Origin: Adineta vaga
Lineage: Eukaryota; Animalia; Rotifera
Length of the DNA: 64,000 bases
Direction of reading: 5' to 3'
Assembly (NCBI GenBank): GCA_021613535.1
Contig: CP075497.1
Span: 13,702,001 to 13,766,000, forward strand
How positions within the stretch are numbered: the first letter of the stretch is position 1; each line of letters opens with the position of its first letter. The position numbers were made by a program, and so were the translations under genes. Shown here piece after piece: positions 53,001 to 64,000 of this stretch. The notes beneath the pieces were generated by a model, which did not search any database, was not told where the DNA came from, and saw only the letters and a program-made list of their open reading frames with translations.

Positions 53001-55685
53001 GAAAGAACTGGATGTGGAGAGATTTCTAAATAAACATTTGCTGAATTATCACGTATTATTGCTGAAATAGCATCGGAAAATCGAACACATTCTCTGACAT
53101 TCGACCACCAATATTGCGAATTAAGTGGAATAGTCTCACTCAATTCATCACCAATCACACTGGAATAAAAACGAGCTTTGGAACATTGACGATTAAACAT
53201 TTGTTTGGAATCATTGAGAGGTAATCCTGGAATATCTTTCAAAAATGAAATCATATCATTTTGAATATTAAAACGTTCCATTTGATCAGAATGAAATGCA
53301 TTTTCAATACGAAGAAATGTTTTAAATACATTTGGATAAAATACTGAAAGAATTTCATTAATTTCCTTCAGAATATTTTCATCGCCACTCAATGTTAACG
53401 AACGTGGACTATTAACCACAGCAATTGAAACACGATCTTCAATACCTTTCAGTATTTTTTCTTCAATTTCTTCTTTACTCATGGCAATGGCTAACATTTT
53501 CCCACCTTTCCTTGTATTTCGATTTTGAAGAGTGGATCGATAATAAACAATCCGAATCGCTTCTTCTAATGTCACACGACCAGATACAAAAGCAGCTGCT
53601 TGTTCACCAGCACTATGTGCAACAATACATGATGGATAAATATTCCACGAATTGAATAAAGCAGTTAAAGCAACTTGAATTGCAAACAGACTTGGTTGCG
53701 CAATATTTGTATCATTGATTCGCGAGTCATTTTCATTTGCTTTCCAAATCAGTTCTTCGATCAGACAATATTCATTATTATTCACTTTTTTCAATTCTTC
53801 ATTAATCAATTCAATCCAATAACGAAATAATGGTTCACTTTCATATAATTGTCGGCCCATTGCCCACCATTGTGGACCTTGTCCACTATAAACAAAACAT
53901 ATTTTAGATGATGATGTTGATGGACGTGTTGTTATGCAAAGTCCTGGTGCTGTTTGTCCATGAAGAAATGATTGAATTTGTTCTTCAAGTTGTTTCAGAT
54001 TCGCAAATACAAAAATTGCTAAATGTTTGTAACTAATTGTTCGTTGAAGAAGAAGTTGTTTTGATATTCGTTGCAGAAATCCATTGGGATTTTCTTCGTT
54101 GATTTTCAGTAAACTGTTTTCTAACCATTGGTGAAATTGAACAATTTGATTACGAAGAGATTTGTTATTTTTCGCTTAAAAGAAAATAATTTTAATAATG
54201 AATAGATGAATTGAGATTTTGAAAACTTACTTGAAAAAACAAAAAGAAAAGATTGCTTAGTTTTAATAAGATTATTTTCATCAGACATTGTCTGTGTAGA
54301 AGAACGTGGTTGATATTCTTCGACAATTGCATGAACATTATTTCCACCAATACCAAAGGAGTTAATTCCAATCGCTATTGGATTTTTATGATCGTACGAA
54401 GGAAATAAAACAGCAGTTTGAAGAACATGAAGATTATATTTTTGTGCTTCTATTTTTGGATTCAATGAAGTAAAATGCATATTTGGTGGGATCATTCGAT
54501 AACGCATACACATGGCAATTTTAATCAGTCCAGCAACACCAGCAGCACCTTCTGTATGTCCTAAATTACTTTTAATTGAACCAATTAATAATGGTGGATC
54601 GGACTTCGATCGATGGAAAAATTCTCCTAAACAATTTGCTTCGATTGGATCACCAACAATTGTTCCTGTTCCATGCGCTTCAATATAAAATATTTGTTGT
54701 AAATCAAAATTAGTTCTCGAGTATATTTCTGTTAATAAACGTTTTTGTCCAATGGGTGATGGAACATTGAGATTGATTTTATTTTCATTTCCATCATGAT
54801 TGCTAAGAACATCATGAATAATACAATAAATTCTATCACCATCACGTTCAGCATCATTTAATCGCTTTAATAACAAAAGACCAAGACCATCAGCTAAACA
54901 AGATTTCAATGTGATTATTTCAAAATTTCTTTACTTTTACCTTTGGCATAACCATTTGCATCTGCACTAAATGATCGACTTCGTCCATCCGGTGATTGTG
55001 CACCAATAATTGACCCATAATAGAAATTCTCTGGTGCAAACAAACCATTCACACCACCACATACAGCCATATCAGCTTCATTTGTTCGAAGAGTTTGCAC
55101 CGCTAAATGTAAAGCTTCTAATGATGATGAACAAGCAGCATCGAATGAAATATTTGGAGCCTGTAAATTAAAATGATAAGAAAGGCGTGCTGATGCATTG
55201 TATAGTAAACTATTAGGACCATGATATCTTGTCCGATATTCTGGTTTCATATTAAATGAATTAATGGAATGATCTGTTGAAAATTGTCCAATATGTACGG
55301 AAGTTTTTGAACCATTCATTTTTTCCATTGCATAACCAGCATCTTCAATTAAATGAATAAATTTCATCATCAGTAATCGATGACATGGATCAATACTGCT
55401 TGCTTCACCATCAGAAAGATCAAAGAAACTTGCATCAAATGTATCCCATTGTTGATTGGATAGGAAATATCCACGACGAAGAAGTTTCTGTTCAAGTTCA
55501 TTATTATTATCTTCATTTAACATATGTGTACAATACGATTGAAGATTAAAACGATCTTCAGGTATTGAACTACCAACATCTCGACTGTCTTTTAATACAT
55601 TCCATAAATCTTCTGCTGAGTGAATATCACCTGCAAATTCACAAGCAATACCTATTAATGCTATTGGTTCATGATCTATGTTCAT
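47038..55685 (-). CDS. Reducing type I polyketide synthase (KS-AT-DH-pseudoMT-ER-KR-ACP-vestigial TE), 4 exons, about 2758 aa
   Basis: KS: EPIALIG, DAACSSS, EAHGTGT, KSNLGHTE, NSFGIGG. AT: GQGPQW, AHSAGE, NAFHS. DH: HPLLG, DHQIQNTILFP, HPTFFD. ER: HAATGGAG. KR: SGGFGGVG, HSAGMADD, YNAGN. ACP: GMDSL. Introns 54940-54894, 54230-54175 and 48906-48639; the exon sum is 8277 nt = 2759 codons, in frame. Confidence 0.93.
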
Positions 55686-56245
55686 TTTAAGTCTTTGTCG
55701 CCCAAGTAATGGATTGCAATAAACTATATATCTAAAATTATGTAATCATTATGAGGTTTATATCAAATTATTCAGCGTATAATCAACGCAAACGTTCGAC
55801 AAAAAAACAAGTTTTCCAACAAAATTTTCTTTTAGTGATCAGCGGATTCGCCGTGCAAAGTTGATGATAAAACCGTTGAAAAAAATTGTTTCATTAAAAG
55901 TCACCTTATACTCAAAATTTGGCTCACTTCCTATGACCTCGAACAGCTTCTAAAAAGTGTGCTCGTGGACTTGATTCTAACAGCACTACTTCAAAGCCGC
56001 TTTTTCGCACCTATGAGTAGTTTTTGTTTGGTTTTTTTGATAAAGATCTTCAGTTCATTTTCGGACAAAAATTGACCATGGGAGTTTGTAAGGGATATGC
56101 CAAAAAACGAATGTCGTGAGAGCGACTGACTGACTTTTCATTTCCGATCTTGCATTGCTATATCGACACCTTGCGAATACAAGATATGATTCACATATTT
56201 TATATTAAATTCCGATGACATTTATGTTTAGGCATACTGCTATGG

Positions 56246-56315
56246 AACTTCAACACGGAGACCGCTGTTCGGTGAGCTCCGTGCCGATCACAAGACCGGA
56301 TAAAGGAGGAGTGTT
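56246..56315 (+). ncRNA. Degenerate twister ribozyme (3' cleavage product) at the 5' end of the RTE element
   Basis: AACTTCAAC-[ACGGAG...CTCCGT stem]-GCCGATCACAAGACCGGATAAAGGAGGAGTG follows the twister pattern U^AAC-P2-GCC...GCCGGUCCCAAGCCCGGAUAAA-P2'-GAGGG. P2 CUUC/GGAG, P3, three of four P4 pairs and pseudoknot T1 (AC/GU) can form; T2 is broken. Confidence 0.7.
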
Positions 56316-59160
56316 AGACGGAAAGGGTGCAGATACCACCGTCTGTAAAAAGAACGAGACGAAAGAAACCAATCATGAACGATATCAGCGATAATTCATG
56401 CCGGCTCGGACGACGCCCAGTAAAACAAGGTCCGCGTCCTCTGTCGAGTGGCCAGGGCGGAGTCGAAAAATTGGCGACTGGAAAGAATTCATATACGACG
56501 AAAAATACTCTGACAGTAGGAACATGGAATGTGCAGACACTATGGGCTGCAGGCAAGCTAGAACTACTAAGAAACGAAATGAAACGATTTAGATTTGATA
56601 TAATTGGTATTTTATAAGTCTATTGGACAGGAAAAGATGAAATACCGAAAGGAGATTTTATCTGGTCAGGAGAAGCGTCCTCATATACGACGGGTGTGGA
56701 GTTCTTACTAAGCATTCGAGCGAAAAAGGCGTTAATAGGATACAATCCAATTAACTCACGAATAATTTCGGCACGATTCGATGCAGCACCATTTAAAATT
56801 TCAGTAATACACGTATACCCACCAACTTCCGCATCTTCAGAAGAAGTTATCGATGCAATCAACAACGATATCGAGGAAACATTATCAAGGACAGAAAAAA
56901 GAGACATAATTATCTTGACAGGAGATTGGAATGCCAAAATTGGTAATGATAATACAGATTGGAAATCCATAATGGGAAAATATGGTTATGACGATAGAAA
57001 CGAACGCAGAGAACGCCTTCTGGAATTTGCTACAGTGCACAATCTCTGCATATGTAATACAAGATTTGAACCTAAAATAAATCGAAAGTGAACTTGGGTA
57101 TCACCAGATGGCATTCACAAGAATATGATTGACTTGATACTCATCCAGCGAAGATGGAAGATCTCGGTCATCAACTGTCGAACGTTTCAGAGTGCAGATA
57201 TAAGCTCAGATCACTCGTTAGTGTTGTGTAATATTAACTTGAAACTTAAGAGCCAGCACAACAAATCACAAAAGGGCTGCAGAGTTTATGTGAACCGATT
57301 AAGAGATGAGAAAATAAAGCAATCATACAGCACCGTTCTAGTGAAACAGCCTAATGAGATGGAGCCAACGTACAGTCTGGAAGAACATGCTACAAAGATA
57401 GAGCATACTAAAACTAGCTGAAGAAAAACGTAAATTAAAACAGCTAAGATATATTTCTTTGGAATACGAACAACAATATAAAGGTCTATGTAAGAAAGTC
57501 AAAAGATCAGCAAGACAGGACGAAGAACATTGGGTATAGGGCCAATGTGAGCAAGCTGAAAAAGTTCGAAGCATTGGAAATACAAAAGAAGCATACGGCC
57601 TCATAAAAATGCTAAGCAAAGAATTTGTACCTCGGTTAAATGTCATTCGAAGTCAAGAGGGGACAATGTTACAGTCAAATGACGAAATTAAACAAAGGTG
57701 GGCACAGTATTGTAGCAGTCTGTATAAAGATCCTGGAGGTGGGGACGGGATGGTGAAAGAACTTGAAGACATTGCACCTCCTGAAAACGAAGGTCCTCAG
57801 GATATCTTGTACTCAGAAGTACAAGCAGCGATAAGTTCATTAAAAAGAAATAAGAGTCAAGGAGCAGACGGCATAACAGCGGAAATGCTACAAGCTGGGG
57901 GCGAACTGCTATCACGTGAAATTCATAAACTTTGTAACAAAGCATGGCATGAAGATACAATTCCAGAAGAATGGGGCAAATCTATATTGGTCCCTATCCC
58001 AAAAAAAGGAGATGCCAGCAACTGCTCAAACTACCGAACGATCTCTCTTATTAATCATACAGGAAGAGTACTACTAATAGTATTACTGAACAGATTGAAA
58101 AATCAACTGGATCCATACTTATCTGAAGAACAGGCAAGGTTCAGAAAAGACAGGAGTACTATACATCACATACTAACGCTTAGATTATTGGCTGAAAAAG
58201 CAAAACGACAGGGCAAGAAAATGTACATCTGCTTTATAGATTTTCAAAAGGCATTCGATACGACCAAGCATAAAATCCTATGGTATTGACGCAAAGATGG
58301 TCAGTTCGCTGCAAAATATCTACGAAAAGTCACAGCCAGCTGTTCGTATTGGTATAGATTATGGAGAGTGGTTTCGAACAGATGTAGGAACTAGACAAGG
58401 CCACCCTCTGTCACCACTCCTCTTCATCGCATATCTCGAGAGAATAATGGATCAGATGAGACAGAACACCTGCGGAATCAAGACTAGCGGAACAGTAATA
58501 AACAACCTAAGATTCGCCGATGATATTGACCTTATAGATGAAGACGTTAGTTCACTTCAACGTCAAATAGAGCTAACTAAAACAGCTGCTAAACGGGCTG
58601 GACTGATCTTGAATATAAATAAAACCAAAACCATGGCATTTGGAGACAGGAATATCGATAACAATATACAGGTAGCTGGAAACACCATAGAAAATGTAGA
58701 AAATTTTGAATATTTAGGTAGCTTGCTAACATGGAACAATAACTGTTCAGAGGAAATAAAAAGGAGAATAGGAATTAAGCTTAGAATCCTAAGCACATGT
58801 GTGTTCAGCGTCCTATTATACGCATCAGAAACATGAACTCTAAAAGAAGCAGACAGGAAAGAACTATTGGTTTTTGAAATGAAATGCTACCGACCAGTTT
58901 TGAGAATAAATTAGCAAGATATGATACGAAACGAAGATATTCGGAAAAGAATATCAAGAGAAGAGACTATAGTAGACACTATCAAGACGAGAAAGTTAAG
59001 GTTATTTGACCACATCTGCAGAATGGACGACAGTAGACTACTGAAACACCTAGTATTTGGTAAAATGGAGGGCAAACCTAGACGAGGGCGTCCATGCAGA
59101 GAATGGTTGGCCCCAACGGGCGACAAGCCTATGGGACATGATGATGATGATGATGATGAT
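56246..59160 (+). mobile_element. RTE-clade non-LTR retrotransposon (APE endonuclease plus reverse transcriptase), decayed, with both ends intact
   Basis: APE motifs GTWNVQTL, TGDWNA, IDLIL, SDHSLV; RT motifs NYRTISL, FIDFQKAFD, GTRQGHPLSP, RFADDI, FEYLGS; C-terminal GKPRRGRP; (GAT)n 3' tail; TSD ATACTGCTATGG at 56234-56245 and 59159-59170. Multiple stops and frameshifts. Confidence 0.92.
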
Positions 59161-60470
59161 ACTGCTATGGGAGATCCCTTGGTCAATTTTTGCCCGAAAA
59201 TGAACTGAAGATCTTTATACAAAATATCAAGCAAAAACTAGTTACAAGTGCCGAAAAGGAGATTTGAAATAGAGTGCAGTCAGAATCAGATCCACGAGCA
59301 CAATTTTTAGAAGCCGTTCGACTACATAGTTTTTGTAGCACTTGAAAAGCTCTATCAAGTGAGAAGCATGACGCTACACTCGCTGTACAGCACAAAGAAA
59401 ACAATTGTACTTGCCGTAGTTAAAACAGAACAGTATTTGAACTAACACTTTTTCATATGAAAATCAAGCCTGAACAAAGACCTACCAGGAGGGTTATAAG
59501 TTACTGTGTATTTTGATTCTTTTTCTTATAAAATGACACTAACAATATCAATCGGGCACAGTTACTGTTCTAGGCACTTGTGATATGATGAAGATAGACG
59601 TCGAGTGCATCTATAAACCGTTAAAAGTACCTCGAGTTTAGCGTAAAAATTATCAGAAAGTTGAGATCTTTCAATCTATCAAGTACTGCATTTGATTTCA
59701 ACTTGAAAAATAAAAGAGGCGAAAACAGAAATTTATACGCACTTCGTTTTATCTCCCGTACATTTTATTTTATCATGTGTAGTGATATCTCATACGACTC
59801 ATCCGATAAGAAATAGTGATACAAACCAATCAACCGTTTCTTTTCAAAGAAAAGATATTTCTTCTTTCCTACCACTGTATGTATGTACGAATGCATCAAG
59901 TGCACTTGCATATCTCAATATATACACGTTTTTTAGACGCAGCCAAAAGAAAGACAATGATATAGAAAAAATGAAGGTTGTACAAAATAAACGTACACAT
60001 ATATCATGAAAAGGTAAAACAGTGCATTTAATACGTTAATCCTTCTCAGTATTTGTACAGGTGAAGCATGCAATAGTAAAGACACAGCAAAACTATATAC
60101 TTGTATCTTTTATTTACAGTCCTTTGGTCTCAAATTCAGATTGAAATTTTGATTTTTTTCACTTTTGACATTTTTTAATCTTTTCTATTTTTCATATGCA
60201 ATAAAAGATATTTATTATATATTATGACTATTGTCGTATATAGGCGGTGACGCGCTACAATTAACGCTATTTTAAAAAGCAACTGCTCCTAGCATATATA
60301 AATAGTGACACATTTTATGCATAAGTGACACTTATAATGTTTTGATTTTTTTATATCACTGTTACGTGTTTTTGATCTTTTTCTTGATTGAATATTTACT
60401 TATACACAGTAGCTATCATTTGTCAATAGCGATTTAATTCATTATTGTTAATTGCTTAATTATAATAAAA

Positions 60471-62225
60471 ATGGACATTGACCTCGACAATCATGGTGAT
60501 GATTCTGATCATGGTGGTGACTCTCGTCGTGGTGGCTTTCGTCCTGGTGCTGGCCGTAAAAGAAAAACATTATCATCATCAATTCAGATGATGGCAAATG
60601 AAAGAAAACAACGAGCTGCACGTCGACATGAAATATCGAGATATAAAGCTCAATTAAGAGAATGGATAAATGATATAAAATGGTCACATCAAGGTGTTCC
60701 ATCAACTTTTCATGATAATGCAACTGCTTTATTACTTATATTTAATCGCATGTTAGAAAATGTTGATTTAACACAAACAGAAGCTGTTACTAAAGCTGCT
60801 CTGTATTTGGGTCGTGGTCCTTCTGCATTACGTGCATTGGTTGCACATTGGAATAAATATGAAGAGATATATGTTGAACCAGGTACAAGAGGTGGTTCAT
60901 TAAGACAACAATCAACGGAATTATTTATATCTTTACCTCATTTCATTATAACTACTATTATGGATCGTTATGCTGAAGGTAAAACTACTTCAGTTAAAGA
61001 TATACAACAAGCTATCGTTGATATACATGATAAACATATAAGTTATTGGCCAATATATTATATCATGCATGATAAAATGAAATTATCATATGGCTTGCTA
61101 AAAGGTTCAATGAAGTTAACACAAGATGCTAATCGAATCAAACGTATTGGTCAATTTCTAGTCAAATACAGCTCTGCTCTCAATTTGGAGAAGAATAAAG
61201 AAGCAATAGTCTGTTATATGGATGAATCATATGTGAATACAGGTCACCATGTTCATTATGGATGGTACACAGACAGTACAAACAGAAATATTCTTAGTGA
61301 TACTGGAGCTGGTAAAAGACTTATAATAGTGCATGCTATTACTAGTGATGGTCTTCTCTACAACGTTGATTCATTAACAAATAAAATTATTTCTGCTGAA
61401 TTGTTTTATGAAGCTAAAAATCCTTTCGGTGATTATCATTGTAACATGAATGGTCACAATTTTCGTTTATGGGTGAACCAATATTTATTTCCTGCATTTG
61501 AAGCTAAATATGGTTGTGATAAGAGAATGATTCTCGTATTGGATAATGCTCCGTATCATAAAGAACAAGGTGAAGGTTATGTCAATCTAAAATCTATGTC
61601 AAAGATCGATATGATTGATATTCTTCTTTCCAAAAAAGTACGCAATATAGTAGTCATTCGAAATGGACAACCAAAAACTTTCAACCAGAATGAATGGAAA
61701 ATGAATGGTCCATCAGGTCCTTATAAAAAACAATTACAAGTATTTATGGAAAGTTGGATCAAACAATATCCTGATCTTCAGAAAACGTTATTGGAGAAAT
61801 TATTCGAACATAAATCATTAGCTGCAAAAACCGGTGTACCTGACTTTCATTATTTGATATTTACTCCACCATATAGTCCTCAACTTCAACCTATCGAATT
61901 AGTGTGGGCTTATGTTAAAGGTTATGTTGCTAAACAATTTACATCTTCTAGAACTGTTCAACAATTAATTGAACAAACGAAGAAAGGGTTCTACGGCGAT
62001 GGAGGTGATCATGAAGCAATATCAGCAGAAATGGTCAGAAAAATGATTGTACATGCTCATAAATATTGTGATATGCTTATTAACGACAATCCTCTGTTAA
62101 AAGGATCTATAAATAACATAAAGAATGTAAAAGATTACGAAGAAGTCGAAGAAGTCGACGAAAAAGAAGAAGATGAAGATGAGGATGATGATATCAATAT
62201 AGAAGCCGATGATATTATTGAATAA
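60471..62225 (+). CDS. Intact IS630/Tc1/mariner-group DDE transposase with a long D-E spacer (DD117E; Sailor-like)
   Basis: YMDESYV, GAGKRLIIVHA, GDYHCNMN, LDNAPYH, TPPYSPQLQPIELVW; N-terminal GGFRPGAGRKRK; acidic tail; 584-aa uninterrupted intronless ORF. Confidence 0.85.
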   Translation: MDIDLDNHGDDSDHGGDSRRGGFRPGAGRKRKTLSSSIQMMANERKQRAARRHEISRYKAQLREWINDIKWSHQGVPSTFHDNATALLLIFNRMLENVDLTQTEAVTKAALYLGRGPSALRALVAHWNKYEEIYVEPGTRGGSLRQQSTELFISLPHFIITTIMDRYAEGKTTSVKDIQQAIVDIHDKHISYWPIYYIMHDKMKLSYGLLKGSMKLTQDANRIKRIGQFLVKYSSALNLEKNKEAIVCYMDESYVNTGHHVHYGWYTDSTNRNILSDTGAGKRLIIVHAITSDGLLYNVDSLTNKIISAELFYEAKNPFGDYHCNMNGHNFRLWVNQYLFPAFEAKYGCDKRMILVLDNAPYHKEQGEGYVNLKSMSKIDMIDILLSKKVRNIVVIRNGQPKTFNQNEWKMNGPSGPYKKQLQVFMESWIKQYPDLQKTLLEKLFEHKSLAAKTGVPDFHYLIFTPPYSPQLQPIELVWAYVKGYVAKQFTSSRTVQQLIEQTKKGFYGDGGDHEAISAEMVRKMIVHAHKYCDMLINDNPLLKGSINNIKNVKDYEEVEEVDEKEEDEDEDDDINIEADDIIE

Positions 62226-63063
62226 CTTTCATTAAAAAGTATTATCGTGCACAGCACTTCTGGACTTGATGGTTAGAATGCTTGATCGACATTAAAAATG
62301 TTATTTTTCTGTATAAATCAGTTGTCATTTAAGGTGCGCGCAATTCAAAAGTCGAGCACTATCTCAGTTTTTGATCGAAACCTACATGTTCAGATACTCC
62401 TCGGTGTGCTGAGTCCGAATATCACCTTTTTTTCTCGAGTTCGATTAAATTTTTTGGGAAAATTTTTCAAAATACTAGAGGTATAAAAAAATCAAAAAAA
62501 AATCATCATTCGAAAAAAATTTGAAATTTTGCCCTTTTCGTTTACTGCAATTTTTTGAATTCGATATATTCGGATTCCCCATGAAAAACTGAGTATAATC
62601 ATATGACTTTGAGCCACAAAAAATAAAATTTCCGTTCTAAAAAATTTCGACAAGAGTAAGTACTCAACACAATGAGTCATCACTCTTGTAAACCTATCTT
62701 CTCCCTCATTTTGAAACTTTTCTCCGATCGTAATACGCCATTCGAACCATAATTTAAAGAGGAACAAAAGTACGCATCGCGTTTTCAAAAAAGTATTGAT
62801 TCTTCATTGAGAAAAATTTATGTTAATGGAAAGAAAGATAAACAAAAAAAACTTTTTTTTTTCAAAATTGCATATTTTTATTTTTTTGGTTTGCGCATGA
62901 GTATATAGTTTAGAAACAATGTAGAAAACGATTTGATACTCATTGATGATACAGAAAGTATCATATAGATCTTCAAAAACTCAAAATGAAAAAACAAATA
63001 ATAATCACAATTTTCTTTTTATGGAAAAGTTGTTAATGGGAAATAGAAGAAAATCCAGGGCAG

Positions 63064-64000
63064 TTATGAATTCATATTAGTGTTCGTGATTCTTCTATGC
63101 GAAACAACATCACCCACGCAGAAATTACTGAAGAACAGCTTGAGAACCTCGCTATATGATTGGCCTTGGTTGTAGGCTTGCAGTGTTCGCCAGAAGCGCC
63201 GAAACAATTTGAGCTGAAGGTCCTTCTCTTGGAAGTCCACACGAGACTTCGGGATGAGGGTAAGCATAGTAGAAAATGTCTGATCATTTCGCTGGCGAAC
63301 GTAGCGTTTCATTGCGCACCAAAGTCCCTCAATAGGATTAAGTTCGCAGTGATATTTCGGCCCAAAAATGACCTTGACGTGATATTTCGAAGCCAATTTT
63401 TCTAGTCGACTCACATTCTGGAACGCCAAATGTGCCGTCAACAAGTTTCGCAGGTCGCCGAGCTTGATTCTATCCGGCACCGCTAGCTTCAACTCTTTGG
63501 CCAACACTAGTAGACCTTTCGATTTTCCCTTGTTTTGACCATCAGTGAAGAAGCAGGAAATCGATTGCATTTGGCCACGTTCGTCGAGAAATTCGAGCTC
63601 ATCCACTGTGCACTTAGTACCGATATTCTTGCCGAAGTCGTTCACACTGTAGTCTTTGGCCGAATGAGTTCTCGCATTGTCGACGACTACCTCAACATCA
63701 TGTCCGGCAAATTCGCTCTTGAACGGTAATAGCTGGAAAAGCCGTTCGAATTGTTTGAGCACTGTTTCATTATCGAAATAGTTGTCCTGACCTACGTTAA
63801 TACCAGCTGTAGCAGAATATCCGACATATCTATCATAGTCATCAACCAGGAGGTTCGGATACTTTCTCGCTGCCTCTTGAAACTCTGAATAGATGAGAGC
63901 GAAGAATGGCCCGGACGGATGTGACACCAGGAAATCGGACACCATGTGGCTTCGGCCTCGTCCTTTACTGAAGAAAGGCGTCTTCTCATTAATTGTCCAA
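63064..64000 (-). CDS. IS630/Tc1/mariner-like DDE transposase, C-terminal part (runs off the window)
   Basis: KGRGRSHMVSDFL, VDNARTH and PKYHCELNPIEGLW. The frame stays open to the window end, and the sequence is more GC-rich than its flanks. Confidence 0.8.
   Translation of the reverse strand, partial: WTINEKTPFFSKGRGRSHMVSDFLVSHPSGPFFALIYSEFQEAARKYPNLLVDDYDRYVGYSATAGINVGQDNYFDNETVLKQFERLFQLLPFKSEFAGHDVEVVVDNARTHSAKDYSVNDFGKNIGTKCTVDELEFLDERGQMQSISCFFTDGQNKGKSKGLLVLAKELKLAVPDRIKLGDLRNLLTAHLAFQNVSRLEKLASKYHVKVIFGPKYHCELNPIEGLWCAMKRYVRQRNDQTFSTMLTLIPKSRVDFQEKDLQLKLFRRFWRTLQAYNQGQSYSEVLKLFFSNFCVGDVVSHRRITNTNMNS

Noticed and set aside
5536-55685. Bacterial contaminant contig or prokaryotic operon
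   Set aside because: More than 30 phase-consistent spliceosomal introns and eukaryotic transposons (RTE LINE, mariner, Helitron-like) are embedded in and around the genes.
62330-62830. TTAA-started transposon end or MITE between the two transposases
   Set aside because: It looks repeat-like, but no partner terminus is identifiable within the window.

Overview
AT-rich eukaryotic DNA with short (about 47-75 nt) spliceosomal introns, bacterial/fungal-style secondary-metabolite genes and many transposons. This profile fits a bdelloid rotifer; the taxon is an inference. Most of the window is a co-oriented minus-strand biosynthetic cluster with three genes. (1) A 4-exon reducing type I PKS (55685-47038, about 2758 aa: KS-AT-DH-pseudoMT-ER-KR-ACP-vestigial TE). 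(2) 263 bp downstream, a single 41-kb NRPS gene (46774-5536) that I reconstruct as 31 exons and about 8760 aa. Its architecture is C-halfC-A-T-[C-C-A-T]x4, then an epsilon-poly-L-lysine-synthetase-like transmembrane/hexapeptide-repeat domain and a degenerate SAM methyltransferase instead of a thioesterase. One 2-bp insertion breaks the frame in module 4. (3) An NNMT/INMT-family methyltransferase (2810-1934) with a GC-AG intron and a 1-bp frameshift. NRPS modules are near-identical mosaics that differ mainly in the A-domain specificity pocket. The four multi-kb introns all sit at the C-C junction and carry transposons (mariner, CACTG/EnSpm-like, Helitron-like, nested inverted-repeat elements). 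Upstream of the PKS lies a decayed RTE-type LINE with a target-site duplication whose 5' end begins exactly at the cleavage site of a degenerate twister ribozyme. Two long-spacer IS630/Tc1/mariner-like DDE transposases follow, and a Tc1-like remnant occupies the left edge.
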